From Syntrophorhabdaceae bacterium (GTDB lineage: Bacteria > Desulfobacterota > Syntrophorhabdia > Syntrophorhabdales > Syntrophorhabdaceae): a stretch of 64,000 nt of DNA. Position numbers and translations under genes: made by a program. The notes beneath the pieces are model-generated. The model did no database searches, was not told where the DNA came from, and saw only the letters and a list, made by a program, of their open reading frames with translations. Below are positions 19,480-29,748 of this stretch, one piece after another. The first letter of the stretch is position 1; each line of letters begins with the position of its first letter. The stretch is from NCBI GenBank assembly GCA_963665295.1, contig OY762209.1, positions 2,208,001 through 2,272,000 on the forward strand. Reading direction: 5' to 3'.

Positions 19480-20154
19480 TCACTCTGTATCCGTATCGCA
19501 TGTCGCGCCCGGTCCGCAGATGAGGTCCGTGGGGAGTTGGTCGAGATGTGCTCCTGTGGCGGGATAATCGACTGCGAGAAGCTCTCCCATCTTTTCTATG
19601 GCCTCGCACAGGGCATCCGCGGCCCGTCCGTCCCCTATTCCCCGGGACACCATACCGGCGAATTTGTTGAGGGCGGGTTGATGGATTTTGCTGTGTATGC
19701 CTTTATCCGCGAGTACCCATACCTTCCTTTCGAGGAGGGAGAGGAAAAAGAGAACCCCCGTGCTCTCCCTTGTCCTGTAAAGACCTTTTTCGTAGAATGT
19801 CCTGAGCGCCCTTTCCTTTACCGCCCTTTTCATGCGCCTGCGCCCCACAAAGACGCGCTTCAGCACGGGTATGACCCGGAACAGGCGGTGACAGGGAAAA
19901 AAGAAAAGAAAAGCGAGAGGGATAAAGGACCAGACAGAGGCATGAAAAAAGAGGGCGGTCAAAACGAGGGAGACCACGCTCCCTGTGAACAGGCCGCCAA
20001 GAAACTCCGCTTCATGGTATTGACTGCTCTGATCCACCACCGCCACGGCGATCTCGCCGATGGTCCGGGATTCCGCGAGGGCGACGGCGTTCTTTATCCG
20101 TTCCCTTTCCTCCGCTGTAAAAAACCTTTCAGCCTTTACCGGATGTCTCATCAC
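19480..20154 (-). CDS. TPM-domain membrane protein
   Basis: AESRTIGEI...GLYRTRESTGVLFFLSLLERKVWVLADKG; part of the LemA-TPM-TPM operon. Confidence 0.82.
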   Translation of the reverse strand: MMRHPVKAERFFTAEERERIKNAVALAESRTIGEIAVAVVDQSSQYHEAEFLGGLFTGSVVSLVLTALFFHASVWSFIPLAFLFFFPCHRLFRVIPVLKRVFVGRRRMKRAVKERALRTFYEKGLYRTRESTGVLFFLSLLERKVWVLADKGIHSKIHQPALNKFAGMVSRGIGDGRAADALCEAIEKMGELLAVDYPATGAHLDQLPTDLICGPGATCDTDTE

Positions 20155-21155
20155 CAGTCTCCCGAGGCACCTCCGCCTCCAAAGTCACCTCCCCCGCCGC
20201 CGTCGAATCCGCCTCCATCATCGCCGCCGCCGTTGCCGCCCCCTCCGCCGCCCCATGGGCCGAAGAACCCGCCCCAAAAGGGCCATCCGCCTCCGCCGGG
20301 GCCACCGCCGGAGAAAAGCAGGGGGAGGACAATACCGATGCCCACGCCCACGAGGCCGAGCACGATGAGAGGGATGAGACCGAGGGGAAGGAGCGTAAAA
20401 TAGACAAGAGCGGGAAGGCCGAGGGCGCCCCCTATTGCGCCCATGATGCGGGAAAAACTCCCCAGAAAAAGAAGAGCAACCCCTCCGACAAGGATGAGGG
20501 CAAGGAATGGCGTGTAGGACCGCCCTTTTCCACGGACTTTTCCGGGCTCTGCTTTGAACTCACCCCTGGTGGCGTCGATCACCGCCGATACGCCCGCCGT
20601 GAAGCCGCCGTCGAAATCGCCCCTCTTGAACCTCGGTTTTATCACGAGATCCACGATCTGACCCGCGGTGAGGTCGGTAAGCCTTCCCTCAAGGCCGCGC
20701 CCCACTTCTATGCGTATCCTGTGTTCCTTGTTGGCTACAAGGATGAGGACGCCGTTGTCTTTGCCTTTTTGGCCGATCTTCCATGCTTCCACTACCTTGA
20801 TGGAGTAATCCTCCAGGGCCTCACCCTGAAGGGAGGGGACAGTGAGGATTACGACTTGGGTGGAATCGGACTGTTCGAAGGTTTTAAGCTCCGTCTGGAG
20901 TTTTGCCTTTGCGGGCGGGGATATCATCGCCGCGTAGTCGTTCACGTACCCCCTTAAAGGAGGCACATCGAGGGCGTACGCGGGCGTCGGCGAGAGGGAC
21001 CGGGCAAGGTATCCGGACCATTCGTCCACAGAGGTCCCTTTGCCCGAAAAGCCGGAGGCCGTGAAGGAGAAGAAGAGCAGGCAGAGGAAGGCGAGGATGG
21101 ACCTCGCTGCCTTTCCGCCCGACGCCGTGTTGATTACGCCCGGAGCCGACCCCAT
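20151..21155 (-). CDS. TPM-domain (YgcG-like) protein with Gly-rich tail
   Basis: VNDYA, WKIGQKGKDNGVL, RIEVGRGLEG, GGGGDFGGGGASGDW. Confidence 0.88.
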   Translation of the reverse strand: MGSAPGVINTASGGKAARSILAFLCLLFFSFTASGFSGKGTSVDEWSGYLARSLSPTPAYALDVPPLRGYVNDYAAMISPPAKAKLQTELKTFEQSDSTQVVILTVPSLQGEALEDYSIKVVEAWKIGQKGKDNGVLILVANKEHRIRIEVGRGLEGRLTDLTAGQIVDLVIKPRFKRGDFDGGFTAGVSAVIDATRGEFKAEPGKVRGKGRSYTPFLALILVGGVALLFLGSFSRIMGAIGGALGLPALVYFTLLPLGLIPLIVLGLVGVGIGIVLPLLFSGGGPGGGGWPFWGGFFGPWGGGGGGNGGGDDGGGFDGGGGGDFGGGGASGDW

Positions 21156-21164
21156 GGGAATGCG

Positions 21165-21749
21165 CTAGAACTTTACCTTCGGCGCCTTTTCGGCCCCTGC
21201 TTCGGCCTTGAAAGGTTCCTTGGCGGCGAGGTGCAGGATCATGCTGTTGGTGAGGCTGTTCGGGAAAGTCCTTATGGAGATGTTGAACTCCTGCACGGCC
21301 TTGTTGTAGCGCACCCGGGCCACGTTGATTCTGTTCTCCGTGCCTTCAAGCTGGTGCTGGAGGTCCCTGAAGTTCTGGTTTGCCTTGAGGTCGGGGTATT
21401 TTTCTACCACCACCATGAGACGCGACAAGGCGCTCGACATGGAAGATTGGGCCTGCTGAAATTGGGCGATCGCCTTGGGATCGTCGATCATGCCTTTCGT
21501 TACCTGGATGCTGCCTACTTTCGCCCGAGCCTCGGTAACGGCCTGAAGGGTCTCCCGCTCATGCTTCGCATAGGCCTTTACCACCTCCACCAGGTTGGGG
21601 ATAAGATCGTTTCTTCGCTGATACGCCGCCTCCACGTCTCCCCACGCGGCCTTCACCGCTTCCTCGTTGATCTGCATGGTGTTGTAGCCGCAGCCCGACA
21701 TGGAAAGGACAAAGAGAACAAAAAGAACGGACAAGAGATACCTTTTCAT
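21165..21749 (-). CDS. lemA: LemA-family protein
   Basis: [40 protein letters not shown]; start refined by RBS. Confidence 0.92.
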   Translation of the reverse strand: MKRYLLSVLFVLFVLSMSGCGYNTMQINEEAVKAAWGDVEAAYQRRNDLIPNLVEVVKAYAKHERETLQAVTEARAKVGSIQVTKGMIDDPKAIAQFQQAQSSMSSALSRLMVVVEKYPDLKANQNFRDLQHQLEGTENRINVARVRYNKAVQEFNISIRTFPNSLTNSMILHLAAKEPFKAEAGAEKAPKVKF

Positions 21750-21937
21750 CAAACCCTCCTGAAATGAACTACCTCGCGGCAGGCCGCGGGATATCAAAGG
21801 CGGGACACCAACGCGGACGCTTCCTGAAGCGCGGTTCACGGCACAGGTCCGCAGGGCAGCCGACTCGATTCTACTACTCATTATAACCATATTTTCGGGA
21901 AAATCCTATGCCTTTGTGGGCGGGTCCGCGCCCCTTT

Positions 21938-22252
21938 CTATCTCTTTCCCATAGCCTTGACATAATCGGCGAGAGCGGATATCTGCTCCATGGTGAGGAT
22001 ATCCCTGAAGGAAGGCATGACGCCCCTGCTGTTCGCGATGACCCCTGCCATCTGCGCCGCATCGAGGCCGCTTGCGGCAAGATCGAGTTTTCCCGGGTCG
22101 ACGCTCATCGCCTTTGCATTCCACGCCCTTGTATAGGCGTCGCCCCCGTGGCACGCGGCGCAATTGGCTTCATAGTCGGTCCGTGCATCGGCCAGGACTA
22201 CGGCCGGGACCATGAGAGTTGCAAGAATGAGTGCAGCGAGCGGCTTTTTCAT
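21938..22252 (-). CDS. Monoheme cytochrome c (c6/c553-like)
   Basis: Signal peptide, CAACHG, GVMPSF axial Met. Confidence 0.87.
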   Translation of the reverse strand: MKKPLAALILATLMVPAVVLADARTDYEANCAACHGGDAYTRAWNAKAMSVDPGKLDLAASGLDAAQMAGVIANSRGVMPSFRDILTMEQISALADYVKAMGKR

Positions 22253-22347
22253 GATTGTTCCCCCTCTCTTGTCGTTATGTCACAAACCTAAGGCAAAGAT
22301 GGCCCTGGAACGGCAGTGGGACCAGCAGGACCGGTGCGACAGGTAAT

Positions 22348-23010
22348 CTATTTCCGGAGATCGAAAAGGAGGGTATTCCTGCCCCTGAGGACGACTACGG
22401 CTACCTTTTCCTCTTCGCCCGACAGGACCCTACCTCTGACTGCGAGCATAAGCTCATCGGTTGCCGCTTTCCCGTCCACGGAGACGAATATGTCTCCCGC
22501 CACTATCCCCGCGTCCCGTAACGGCCCCTCCTTGAGGCGGGTAATCCTCAATCCCTTTGCCGCTGCCTCCCAATTGGCGCCGTACTTCTTGCGGGCCCCG
22601 AACCTTATCTTCGGCGGCGCCGGGGAGGTTTCTCCCCGTGCGGCCCGCGCCGCGGGCCCCGTTGTCGCGAGGGGAACTGACCGTGTCAATACTGCCTCGG
22701 ACTTTTAGCAGGGGGACGTTCCTTCTTTGCCGGGAGTGAATATGCTGAAGATGGACCGGAGATGGTTACTGCCGTCGGACACAAAGACAGCCGCCGCGAG
22801 GAGCAGGAGGCCGACGGCCGCTACGATACAGAAGAAACGGAACAACGACCTGTGGTCGAGGAGATAGAACCTCTTTCCACACTCCCGGCAGCGGTAAGGC
22901 AGGGAGGACATGAAGACGAGGAAAAACCGTTCCGTGGGCGTGCGGTGGGAACGCGTTATATCCCGGCTATCGCACTCAGGACATGCGAATGTTTTGTCCC
23001 ACCACTTCAT
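22348..23010 (-). pseudogene. Zn-ribbon + TM ORF (22705-23010) and PDZ-like ORF (22348-22689) in the same frame, separated by one TAA
   Basis: CPEC...CREC then TM; downstream GLRITRLKEGPLRDAGIVAGDIFVSVDG PDZ signature; second ORF has no convincing RBS. Confidence 0.5.
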
Positions 23011-23042
23011 AGATGCAGGTCCTCCGGCCCGCGGCGCAGCTC

Positions 23043-24161
23043 CTAGGCCCGTGTCAGTTCAAACCAGAATGAGTTCCCCTCTTCCGTCTCGCTCTCGACG
23101 CCTATGACGCCCCCATGGGCTTCAACAGCCAGTTTGCAGAAGGTAAGCCCCAGGGCGGTTGCGTATTTCTTGCCCCCCGAACCTCCCTCGGCCTGACCGA
23201 AACTGTCAAAGAGCTTCTCACGGTGTTCCGGCGGGATGGCAGGGGCGTTGTCGCTCACCATGACCCGGACGCGGCCGTCGGCGGACTTGATGCCGAGCCG
23301 TACCCAGCCGTCTGAGGGGATGGTCTTCAACGCGTTTCCGATAAGGCTCTGAATCACGCGCCGGATGAGATCGTGGTCGGCCACGAGGTCGACGGGTCCG
23401 GCAGAAGCGTCGAGGGAAAGCCGCCCCCTGGCGGCGCTGTCCATATCGGCAAGGATCCTCTTTGCCACGTCAAGGAGGTCGCATTTCATGAGATTGAGTT
23501 TCAGGGCGCTCGTCTCCATCTTGTTTACATCAAGCATGGTGTTCAGTATGCCCACGAGGGCGGAAACCGATTCGGAACCCTTTCGCGCATATCCAAGGCT
23601 TTTCTGCGAGAGTATCTTCCCGTCCGTCAGGGTGATCAACTCGAGGTACCCGGAGATGGTAGTAAGCGAATTACGGAGGTCATGGGCGATCATATGGACA
23701 AGGTTGTCCCGGAGCCGCCTCGCGTCCCGGAGTTCAGCCCCGTTTCGCTCCGACTCCCGCCGGTAGCGGCAAAGGTTGAGGTGGGTTTGCACCCGCGCCG
23801 CCACTTCTTCAAGGTGAAAGGGCTTCATCACGTAGTCGGCTGCGCCCGCCCCGAAGACCCCGGCCCTATCCGCCGGTTCGGGAAAGCTCCCCATGAGGAT
23901 AACGGGAATGCCCTTCAGGGTCTCATCGGAATTTACCTCTCCCAATATTTCATAACCGTTCATTTCCGGCATATCGACGTCGAGAAGCATAAGGTCGGGC
24001 CTGTTGGCCCGGGCCGCTTCCAGAGTGAGTTTCCCGTTCCGGGCTGTCCTCACCGTGTATCCCCGGTTCTTGAGCATGGCCGCGAGTTCCCGTCCCTCAG
24101 CGGCATTGTCGCTCGCCACAAGAACCGCGTGGCCGGAGTGTTTCATATTTTCCTGTGTCAT
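23043..24161 (-). CDS. Hybrid receiver-histidine kinase (REC-HisKA-HATPase) with degenerate G-boxes
   Basis: LLDVDMP receiver, AHDLRN H-box, LIGNALK N-box. Confidence 0.88.
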   Translation of the reverse strand: MTQENMKHSGHAVLVASDNAAEGRELAAMLKNRGYTVRTARNGKLTLEAARANRPDLMLLDVDMPEMNGYEILGEVNSDETLKGIPVILMGSFPEPADRAGVFGAGAADYVMKPFHLEEVAARVQTHLNLCRYRRESERNGAELRDARRLRDNLVHMIAHDLRNSLTTISGYLELITLTDGKILSQKSLGYARKGSESVSALVGILNTMLDVNKMETSALKLNLMKCDLLDVAKRILADMDSAARGRLSLDASAGPVDLVADHDLIRRVIQSLIGNALKTIPSDGWVRLGIKSADGRVRVMVSDNAPAIPPEHREKLFDSFGQAEGGSGGKKYATALGLTFCKLAVEAHGGVIGVESETEEGNSFWFELTRA

Positions 24162-24462
24162 AGGTCTCCCCTTTATTACACGAGTACCGGCAGTCGGCCG
24201 GAACGCAATCAGCCGCCTGTCCCTTTTTCTCGTTCCCCCTCTGTCGAAGCGGACAGGCAGAAAGACATGTACCTATCTTACACCGATTCGGCTATCGTCG
24301 ACAAGTCAAAGGCTCCACAATATGGACCCAAATGTCCTGGAAAGACGTAATACTCAAAGAATATGATTACTTAGAGAGTGAGCATATCTATTACCCGGCA
24401 ATATCGTCCGTTGACTGAGAGGCGTTTTTGGTCTAAAATGAGGCACATATCATACCGGCGCC

Positions 24463-25992
24463 ATGATCTTGATCCATCCTCCCATTGTAAAACCATCGGA
24501 GCCGCCTCCCGGAGTCGCGAAGCTCATGGGTGCGTGCGTTGCCCATGGAGTGCCTTGCCGCCTTCTTGATGCGAATATGGAGGGCATCCTCGCCCTCCTG
24601 AAGCAAGAGTGCCGTCCCCGGGATACATGGGGGAAGCGGGCGGCGGGGAACGTGGAACGGAACCTCCATGCCCTGAGGGACTTGCGCGCTTACAGGTCCT
24701 TCGACCGGTACAGAAGGGCGGTCATGGACGTGAACAAAGTTCTCGAGATCGCGGGCGCTGCCGCAGGGGCGCATATGGGCCTGGGAAACTACCTTCACGA
24801 AGGATTTTCACCGGTGAAAAGCAGCGACCTCATGCGAGCCGCGGAAGGGCCTGAGAGCAATCCTTTCTACCCCTATTTCAGCGAAAGGCTCCCGGCCCTT
24901 ATTGAAGAGGAACAGACGGGCCTCGTGGGTTTTTCCCTCAATTATCTGAGCCAGGCCCTGTGCGTCTTTGCCATGACAGGGTTTCTGAAGAAGCGTTTTC
25001 CCGGTCTCAGGGTGGTGCTGGGAGGCGGCCTCATCACTTCCTGGACAAGGAGGCCGGGATGGAACAATCCTTTCACCGGTCTTATCGACCATATCATAAC
25101 CGGCCCGGGGGAGATGCCCCTCCTTGAACTGATGGGTGTCCAGGGGACTGCAAAGGCTCACTTTCCTCCCCGGTACGAGACCCTGCCCATGGGTGACTAT
25201 ATCTCCCCGGGGGTGGTCCTTCCCTATGCCGCGTCCACGGGGTGCTATTGGAACAGGTGCGCCTTCTGTCCGGAAAAGGCCGAGGGGAACCGGTACGCGA
25301 AGGTGCCCGACAATACGGCCATGGAGGACCTCGGGACCCTCGTCAATGCGGTAAAGCCCGCCATGATACACCTGGTGGACAATGCCATAAGCCCTTCCCT
25401 TATGAAGGCCCTCGCGAAGAACCCTCCCGGCGCGCCGTGGTACGGCTTCACGAGGATTACGGAGGCCCTCTCGGACCTCGATTTTTGCATGGCTCTCAGG
25501 CGCTCGGGGTGCGTCATGCTGAAGGTGGGCCTCGAGTCGGGGGACCAGGGAGTGCTTGACGCGATGCACAAGGGGAACGACACGGGCATGACGGGAAAGG
25601 TGCTTCACGCTCTCAAGAGCGCGGGAATAGGGACCTATGCCTACCTCCTCTTCGGGACGCCCTCGGAATCGGAGGCGGAGGCGCGGAAGACCCTGGCCTT
25701 TACCGCTGCCCATGCCGGCCTCATCGATTTCCTCAATGTGGCCGTATTTAACCTGCCTGCCCATTCACCGGAGGCGGGACTCCTCGACACCGCCGAATTT
25801 TACGCGGGCGACCTTTCTTTATACAGGGATTTCGTTCACCCCAGGGGCTGGGGCAGGAAACAGGTCAGGGCGTTCCTTGAAAAAGAGTTCAGGAGGGAGC
25901 CCTCTATCGCCGCCATAATCAGGCGTGACCCACCCGTATTCACCTCGAACCACGCCCCGTTTTTTCTCCCTCCGCCGCCACACTTGTTTTGA
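24463..25992 (+). CDS. B12-binding-like radical SAM protein
   Basis: N-terminal LIHPP, GGG motif, GCYWNRCAFC, VGLESG. Confidence 0.85.
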   Translation: MILIHPPIVKPSEPPPGVAKLMGACVAHGVPCRLLDANMEGILALLKQECRPRDTWGKRAAGNVERNLHALRDLRAYRSFDRYRRAVMDVNKVLEIAGAAAGAHMGLGNYLHEGFSPVKSSDLMRAAEGPESNPFYPYFSERLPALIEEEQTGLVGFSLNYLSQALCVFAMTGFLKKRFPGLRVVLGGGLITSWTRRPGWNNPFTGLIDHIITGPGEMPLLELMGVQGTAKAHFPPRYETLPMGDYISPGVVLPYAASTGCYWNRCAFCPEKAEGNRYAKVPDNTAMEDLGTLVNAVKPAMIHLVDNAISPSLMKALAKNPPGAPWYGFTRITEALSDLDFCMALRRSGCVMLKVGLESGDQGVLDAMHKGNDTGMTGKVLHALKSAGIGTYAYLLFGTPSESEAEARKTLAFTAAHAGLIDFLNVAVFNLPAHSPEAGLLDTAEFYAGDLSLYRDFVHPRGWGRKQVRAFLEKEFRREPSIAAIIRRDPPVFTSNHAPFFLPPPPHLF

Positions 25993-26041
25993 CAAAGGCG
26001 ATACTGCATTATAGAATATGGGCCGGACGGAAGGAGCGGTG

Positions 26042-26734
26042 ATGAAACGCATTGCAGGACTGATAATATTCCTCTTCGTGGCGGCAGGTCTCGTATCATG
26101 TGTCCTCCCCATAAGGAAAACAATAGAAAAACCCGTCTACAGTCTCCCCCTGAACGAAGGAGTGACCAACCTCGTTCTCACGGATATGGAAAGGGACGTG
26201 GTGAGACAGTTGAACGACCTGAGGGCCAATCCCAGGGAATGGGCCGATTACGTAAGGAAACTCAAGGGGCGCTCCCGCGGTTTCACCCTTGAACAGCAGG
26301 GCAGGCAGAGCATTGACGGTGAAGAAGCGGTGAGGGCGGCGGACGACGCTACCTACTTTCTGGAGAACACGTCGCCCCTGCCGCCGTTCAAAGTATCGAA
26401 AGGGCTTTGTTTCGCTGCCCGGGACCTTCTGAAGGACCATGGCCCCAAGGGCCTCACGGGCCACAAGGGAAGCGATGGAAGTACTACCTTCAGCCGGATC
26501 ATGCGGTACGGGGGGTGGGAAGGGAAAGCGGGTGAGAACCTTCTTTACGGGTACAAGGACGCCGACAGGCTTGTGGTGGGCCTGCTTACCGAAGGGGGCT
26601 CCGAGGGACTCGATCAGAGGAAGAACATTTTCGACAAGAATTTCAACCTCATAGGTATTGCATGCGGTCCCCATAATGTTTACCGGACCATGTGCGTCAT
26701 CGATTTCGCCGAAAAGTACATGGAGATGCCTTAA
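26042..26734 (+). CDS. CAP/SCP-domain lipoprotein
   Basis: Lipobox LVSC; GHKGSDGS, GENL, IGIACG. Confidence 0.8.
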   Translation: MKRIAGLIIFLFVAAGLVSCVLPIRKTIEKPVYSLPLNEGVTNLVLTDMERDVVRQLNDLRANPREWADYVRKLKGRSRGFTLEQQGRQSIDGEEAVRAADDATYFLENTSPLPPFKVSKGLCFAARDLLKDHGPKGLTGHKGSDGSTTFSRIMRYGGWEGKAGENLLYGYKDADRLVVGLLTEGGSEGLDQRKNIFDKNFNLIGIACGPHNVYRTMCVIDFAEKYMEMP

Positions 26735-26789
26735 CCCGGGAAAATCGGCAGCACCGACAAAAGACAGATATAAATCAAGGAGGCATTCA

Positions 26790-27203
26790 GTGAGCGAAGA
26801 CGACGTAAGAAAAAGGACTCAGGAAACGGCAAAGAAGCTTTTCAGCAAGGGCGTAAAGATGGACCCCCCTTACGTGATGTGGAAGCAGTTTGACAGGGAC
26901 CTCGCCAACGATCTCTCTATGTTCATTACGGGCAACCTCTATTCAAGGACGGTACTTACATTGCCCGAGAGACAGATGGCCGCGTGCGCCATGCTCGCCG
27001 CCCTCGGCGCCGCGGACGAGTTGAGGCTCCACGTGAACGCCGCGTTGAACGTGGGTTGCGACCCCAGGAAACTGGCGGAAGTCTTCTTTCAGTTGGCCCC
27101 CTACGGCGGGATGCCCCTTGTGAACAAGGCCCTCGAGGTATACAGGGATGTCCTCAAGGAACGAGGAGAGTGGGAGAGTTTCAAGGGAGGGTCGGGGGCT
27201 TAG
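26790..27203 (+). CDS. Carboxymuconolactone decarboxylase/AhpD-family protein
   Basis: YSRTVLTLPERQ...ELRLHVNAALNVG...YGGMP; AAGGAGG RBS before GTG. Confidence 0.82.
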   Translation: MSEDDVRKRTQETAKKLFSKGVKMDPPYVMWKQFDRDLANDLSMFITGNLYSRTVLTLPERQMAACAMLAALGAADELRLHVNAALNVGCDPRKLAEVFFQLAPYGGMPLVNKALEVYRDVLKERGEWESFKGGSGA

Positions 27204-27550
27204 TCCCCGTCCTTATACCATCCTCCCATAAGGTGCAGGTGAAGGTAAAAGATCACCTGCCCTGCGCCGCGTTCCACGTTGAAGGTTAACCTGTAGCCCG
27301 AGCGGGAGATCCCGAATTCCTTTGCGAGGTCCCTGGCCTTGAGGACCATGGCGGAGATGATATCCCCGTCGTTTTCCGTGATATCGTTGATGCTCCTTAT
27401 GTGCCGTCGCGGTACGATAAGGAGGTGGACAGGGGCGTGAGGGTGCTTGTCTTTGAACGCCGTGACGGTGTCGTCACGATAGACGATTTCCGCAGGTCTC
27501 TCCCCCCTTATGATCCCGCAAAAGATGCAGTCCTTTTCTATGTCGCTCAT
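27200..27550 (-). CDS. hinT: HIT-family nucleotide-binding protein
   Basis: DCIFCGI, APVHLLIVP, AGQVIFYLHLHLMGG. Confidence 0.88.
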   Translation of the reverse strand: MSDIEKDCIFCGIIRGERPAEIVYRDDTVTAFKDKHPHAPVHLLIVPRRHIRSINDITENDGDIISAMVLKARDLAKEFGISRSGYRLTFNVERGAGQVIFYLHLHLMGGWYKDGD

Positions 27551-27776
27551 ACACTTAACCCCGGGACCGGGCCCGATAGCTGAAATTTAATCAGGGGCGA
27601 GCCTCCCTTTCAAGGGGGGGGCGGAGACGGTAATGGTCCGGGATGTTTTTTGTTGACAGAACGCGGCGGCTGTCCTATTTTCTTCTTAAAATCAGGAAAA
27701 CAACTGTTTGTCGGTCCGGGTCTTCCAGGGGGTAAAGCTCGCCCGGACCCTATCGTCCAAAAAGGGAGGGTAAAGG

Positions 27777-29639
27777 ATGGCAAAGGAAATTACCCGTATT
27801 GCCGATATCGACATGGACGGGGTTGTCTCAGGCAGAACCTACACCCCGTCCCCTGTGGCGTGGGAGGACAAGGTTTTCTACTTTCTTATGGTGGACCGTT
27901 TTTCCGACGGCAAGGAGACCGGGTACCTTGACAACGAGGGCAGGAAGGTGACCGGTAAAGGCACGCCCCTCTTTTCCCTCCCCCAGGCGGGCAATATCCC
28001 TTACGAGACCTGGGCCGGGAACGGGCAGGGGTGGAAGGGCGGCAACCTGAAGGGGTTGACAAGCAAACTGGGTTATCTCAGCCGCATGGGAATCACCGCG
28101 CTCTGGGTCAGTCCCGTGTTCAAGCAGGTCGAATTCACCGAAACCTACCACGGGTACGGCATTCAGAATTTTCTGGCCGTGGATCCCCATTTCGGCACCG
28201 GGGAAGACCTTACGGCGCTGGTCAGGACGGCCCACTCCCTGGGCATTGCCGTGGTCCTCGATATCATCATCAACCACACGGGCAATGTGTTCTCTTACAA
28301 ACCGGACCGGTACAAGACCACCAGGGACGGAACAACCTTTTTCGACCCTCGGTGGGATAACAGGCCCTACGACGTGGCGGGATTCAACGATGCTCACGGA
28401 AATCCGACGATTCCTTTTCGCGCCGACGGAACCACGGACGTGAAAGGCGCCGTTTTCCCCATGGAGTTGCAGGACCCCGGGACCTTCACCTGCAAAGGGC
28501 GGATCGACAATTGGGACCACGACCCTGAATTCCGGGAAGGCGATTTCTGCGACCTGAAAGACGTGCGCCACGGCGCCGGGGAGCCGGACCGATACGAGCC
28601 GTCCGATGCGCTCCGGGTATTGACCGCTGCATACAAATACTGGATTGCCGTCACCGATGTGGACGGGTTCAGGATCGATACGGTCAAACATATGGATCAG
28701 GGGGCAACACGCTACTTTGCATCGGCGATCCATGAATTCGCCCTCACCCTCGGCAAGGAACATTTCTTCCTGATAGGAGAGATTACCGGCGGCAGGGAAA
28801 ATGCCTTCCATACCCTCGAAGCGACCGGTCTCGACGCCGCCCTGGGCATTGACGACATTCCCGACAAGCTGGAGTATCTGGCGAAAGGGTATCGGAACCC
28901 CATCGATTATTTCAACCTGTTCCGCAACTCGCTGCTGGTGCAAAAGGAATCGCACACCTGGTTCCGCGACAAGGTGGTAACGGTATTCGACGACCATGAT
29001 CAGGTACGCAAAGGGAAATGGAAGGCGCGGTTCTCGGCGAAGGACGACGGGTGGAAGGTCGTTCCGAACGTGCTTGCCCTCAATGCCCTTACCCTGGGGA
29101 TCCCATGCATCTACTATGGATCGGAACAGTATTTCAACGGTCACGCTGTGGAAGAGCGCGACGGGAACGACGTTTTTCTCAGGGAATGCATGTTCGGAGG
29201 GGATTACGGTGCCCTCGGAAGCTCGGGTTATCACTTCTTCGATGACTCTTCGGGGGCCTATATCGAGTTATCGAAGATTCTCGAAATCCGCAGGGCGGAG
29301 GTGACGCTCAGGCGCGGGCGACAGTACCTCAGGGAGATATCCGGCAATGGAACCGATTTCGGCCTTCCCGCAATGATCGGGAAAGAAATCCGCTCCGTGG
29401 TGCCGTGGTCGCGCGTGCTCGACGCTCAGGAGATCGTGGTCGCCATCAACACGGACTATAATGAGACACGCACCGCCTGGGTGACCATCGACAACCGGCT
29501 GCATGAGGCCGGCGCAACCCTCAGGTGCCTCTATTCATCCGACGCGTCCGCCATCGGCTCCACGGTCGAGGTGGAAGGGCGAAACGGTAAGGCCGTGAAG
29601 GTCTCCGTGCCCGCGGCAGGATGCGTGATTTACAAATAG
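27777..29639 (+). CDS. GH13 alpha-amylase-family glycosidase
   Basis: YHGY, DIIINH, GFRIDTVKH, IGE, DDHD, GIPCIYYGSEQ. Confidence 0.92.
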   Translation: MAKEITRIADIDMDGVVSGRTYTPSPVAWEDKVFYFLMVDRFSDGKETGYLDNEGRKVTGKGTPLFSLPQAGNIPYETWAGNGQGWKGGNLKGLTSKLGYLSRMGITALWVSPVFKQVEFTETYHGYGIQNFLAVDPHFGTGEDLTALVRTAHSLGIAVVLDIIINHTGNVFSYKPDRYKTTRDGTTFFDPRWDNRPYDVAGFNDAHGNPTIPFRADGTTDVKGAVFPMELQDPGTFTCKGRIDNWDHDPEFREGDFCDLKDVRHGAGEPDRYEPSDALRVLTAAYKYWIAVTDVDGFRIDTVKHMDQGATRYFASAIHEFALTLGKEHFFLIGEITGGRENAFHTLEATGLDAALGIDDIPDKLEYLAKGYRNPIDYFNLFRNSLLVQKESHTWFRDKVVTVFDDHDQVRKGKWKARFSAKDDGWKVVPNVLALNALTLGIPCIYYGSEQYFNGHAVEERDGNDVFLRECMFGGDYGALGSSGYHFFDDSSGAYIELSKILEIRRAEVTLRRGRQYLREISGNGTDFGLPAMIGKEIRSVVPWSRVLDAQEIVVAINTDYNETRTAWVTIDNRLHEAGATLRCLYSSDASAIGSTVEVEGRNGKAVKVSVPAAGCVIYK

Positions 29640-29748
29640 CCGGGCGGTGAGGGGGTGCTGAAGACGAACGGGACTCGTTCCTGCGGTTCGCACTCCTCCC
29701 GGCGGGGGAAAAGAGGACAGAGGAAAGACAGGGGTGTTCCGACCGGGT

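Noticed and set aside
22705..22707. Selenocysteine or pyrrolysine recoding at the in-frame stop
   Set aside because: The codon is TAA, not TGA or TAG
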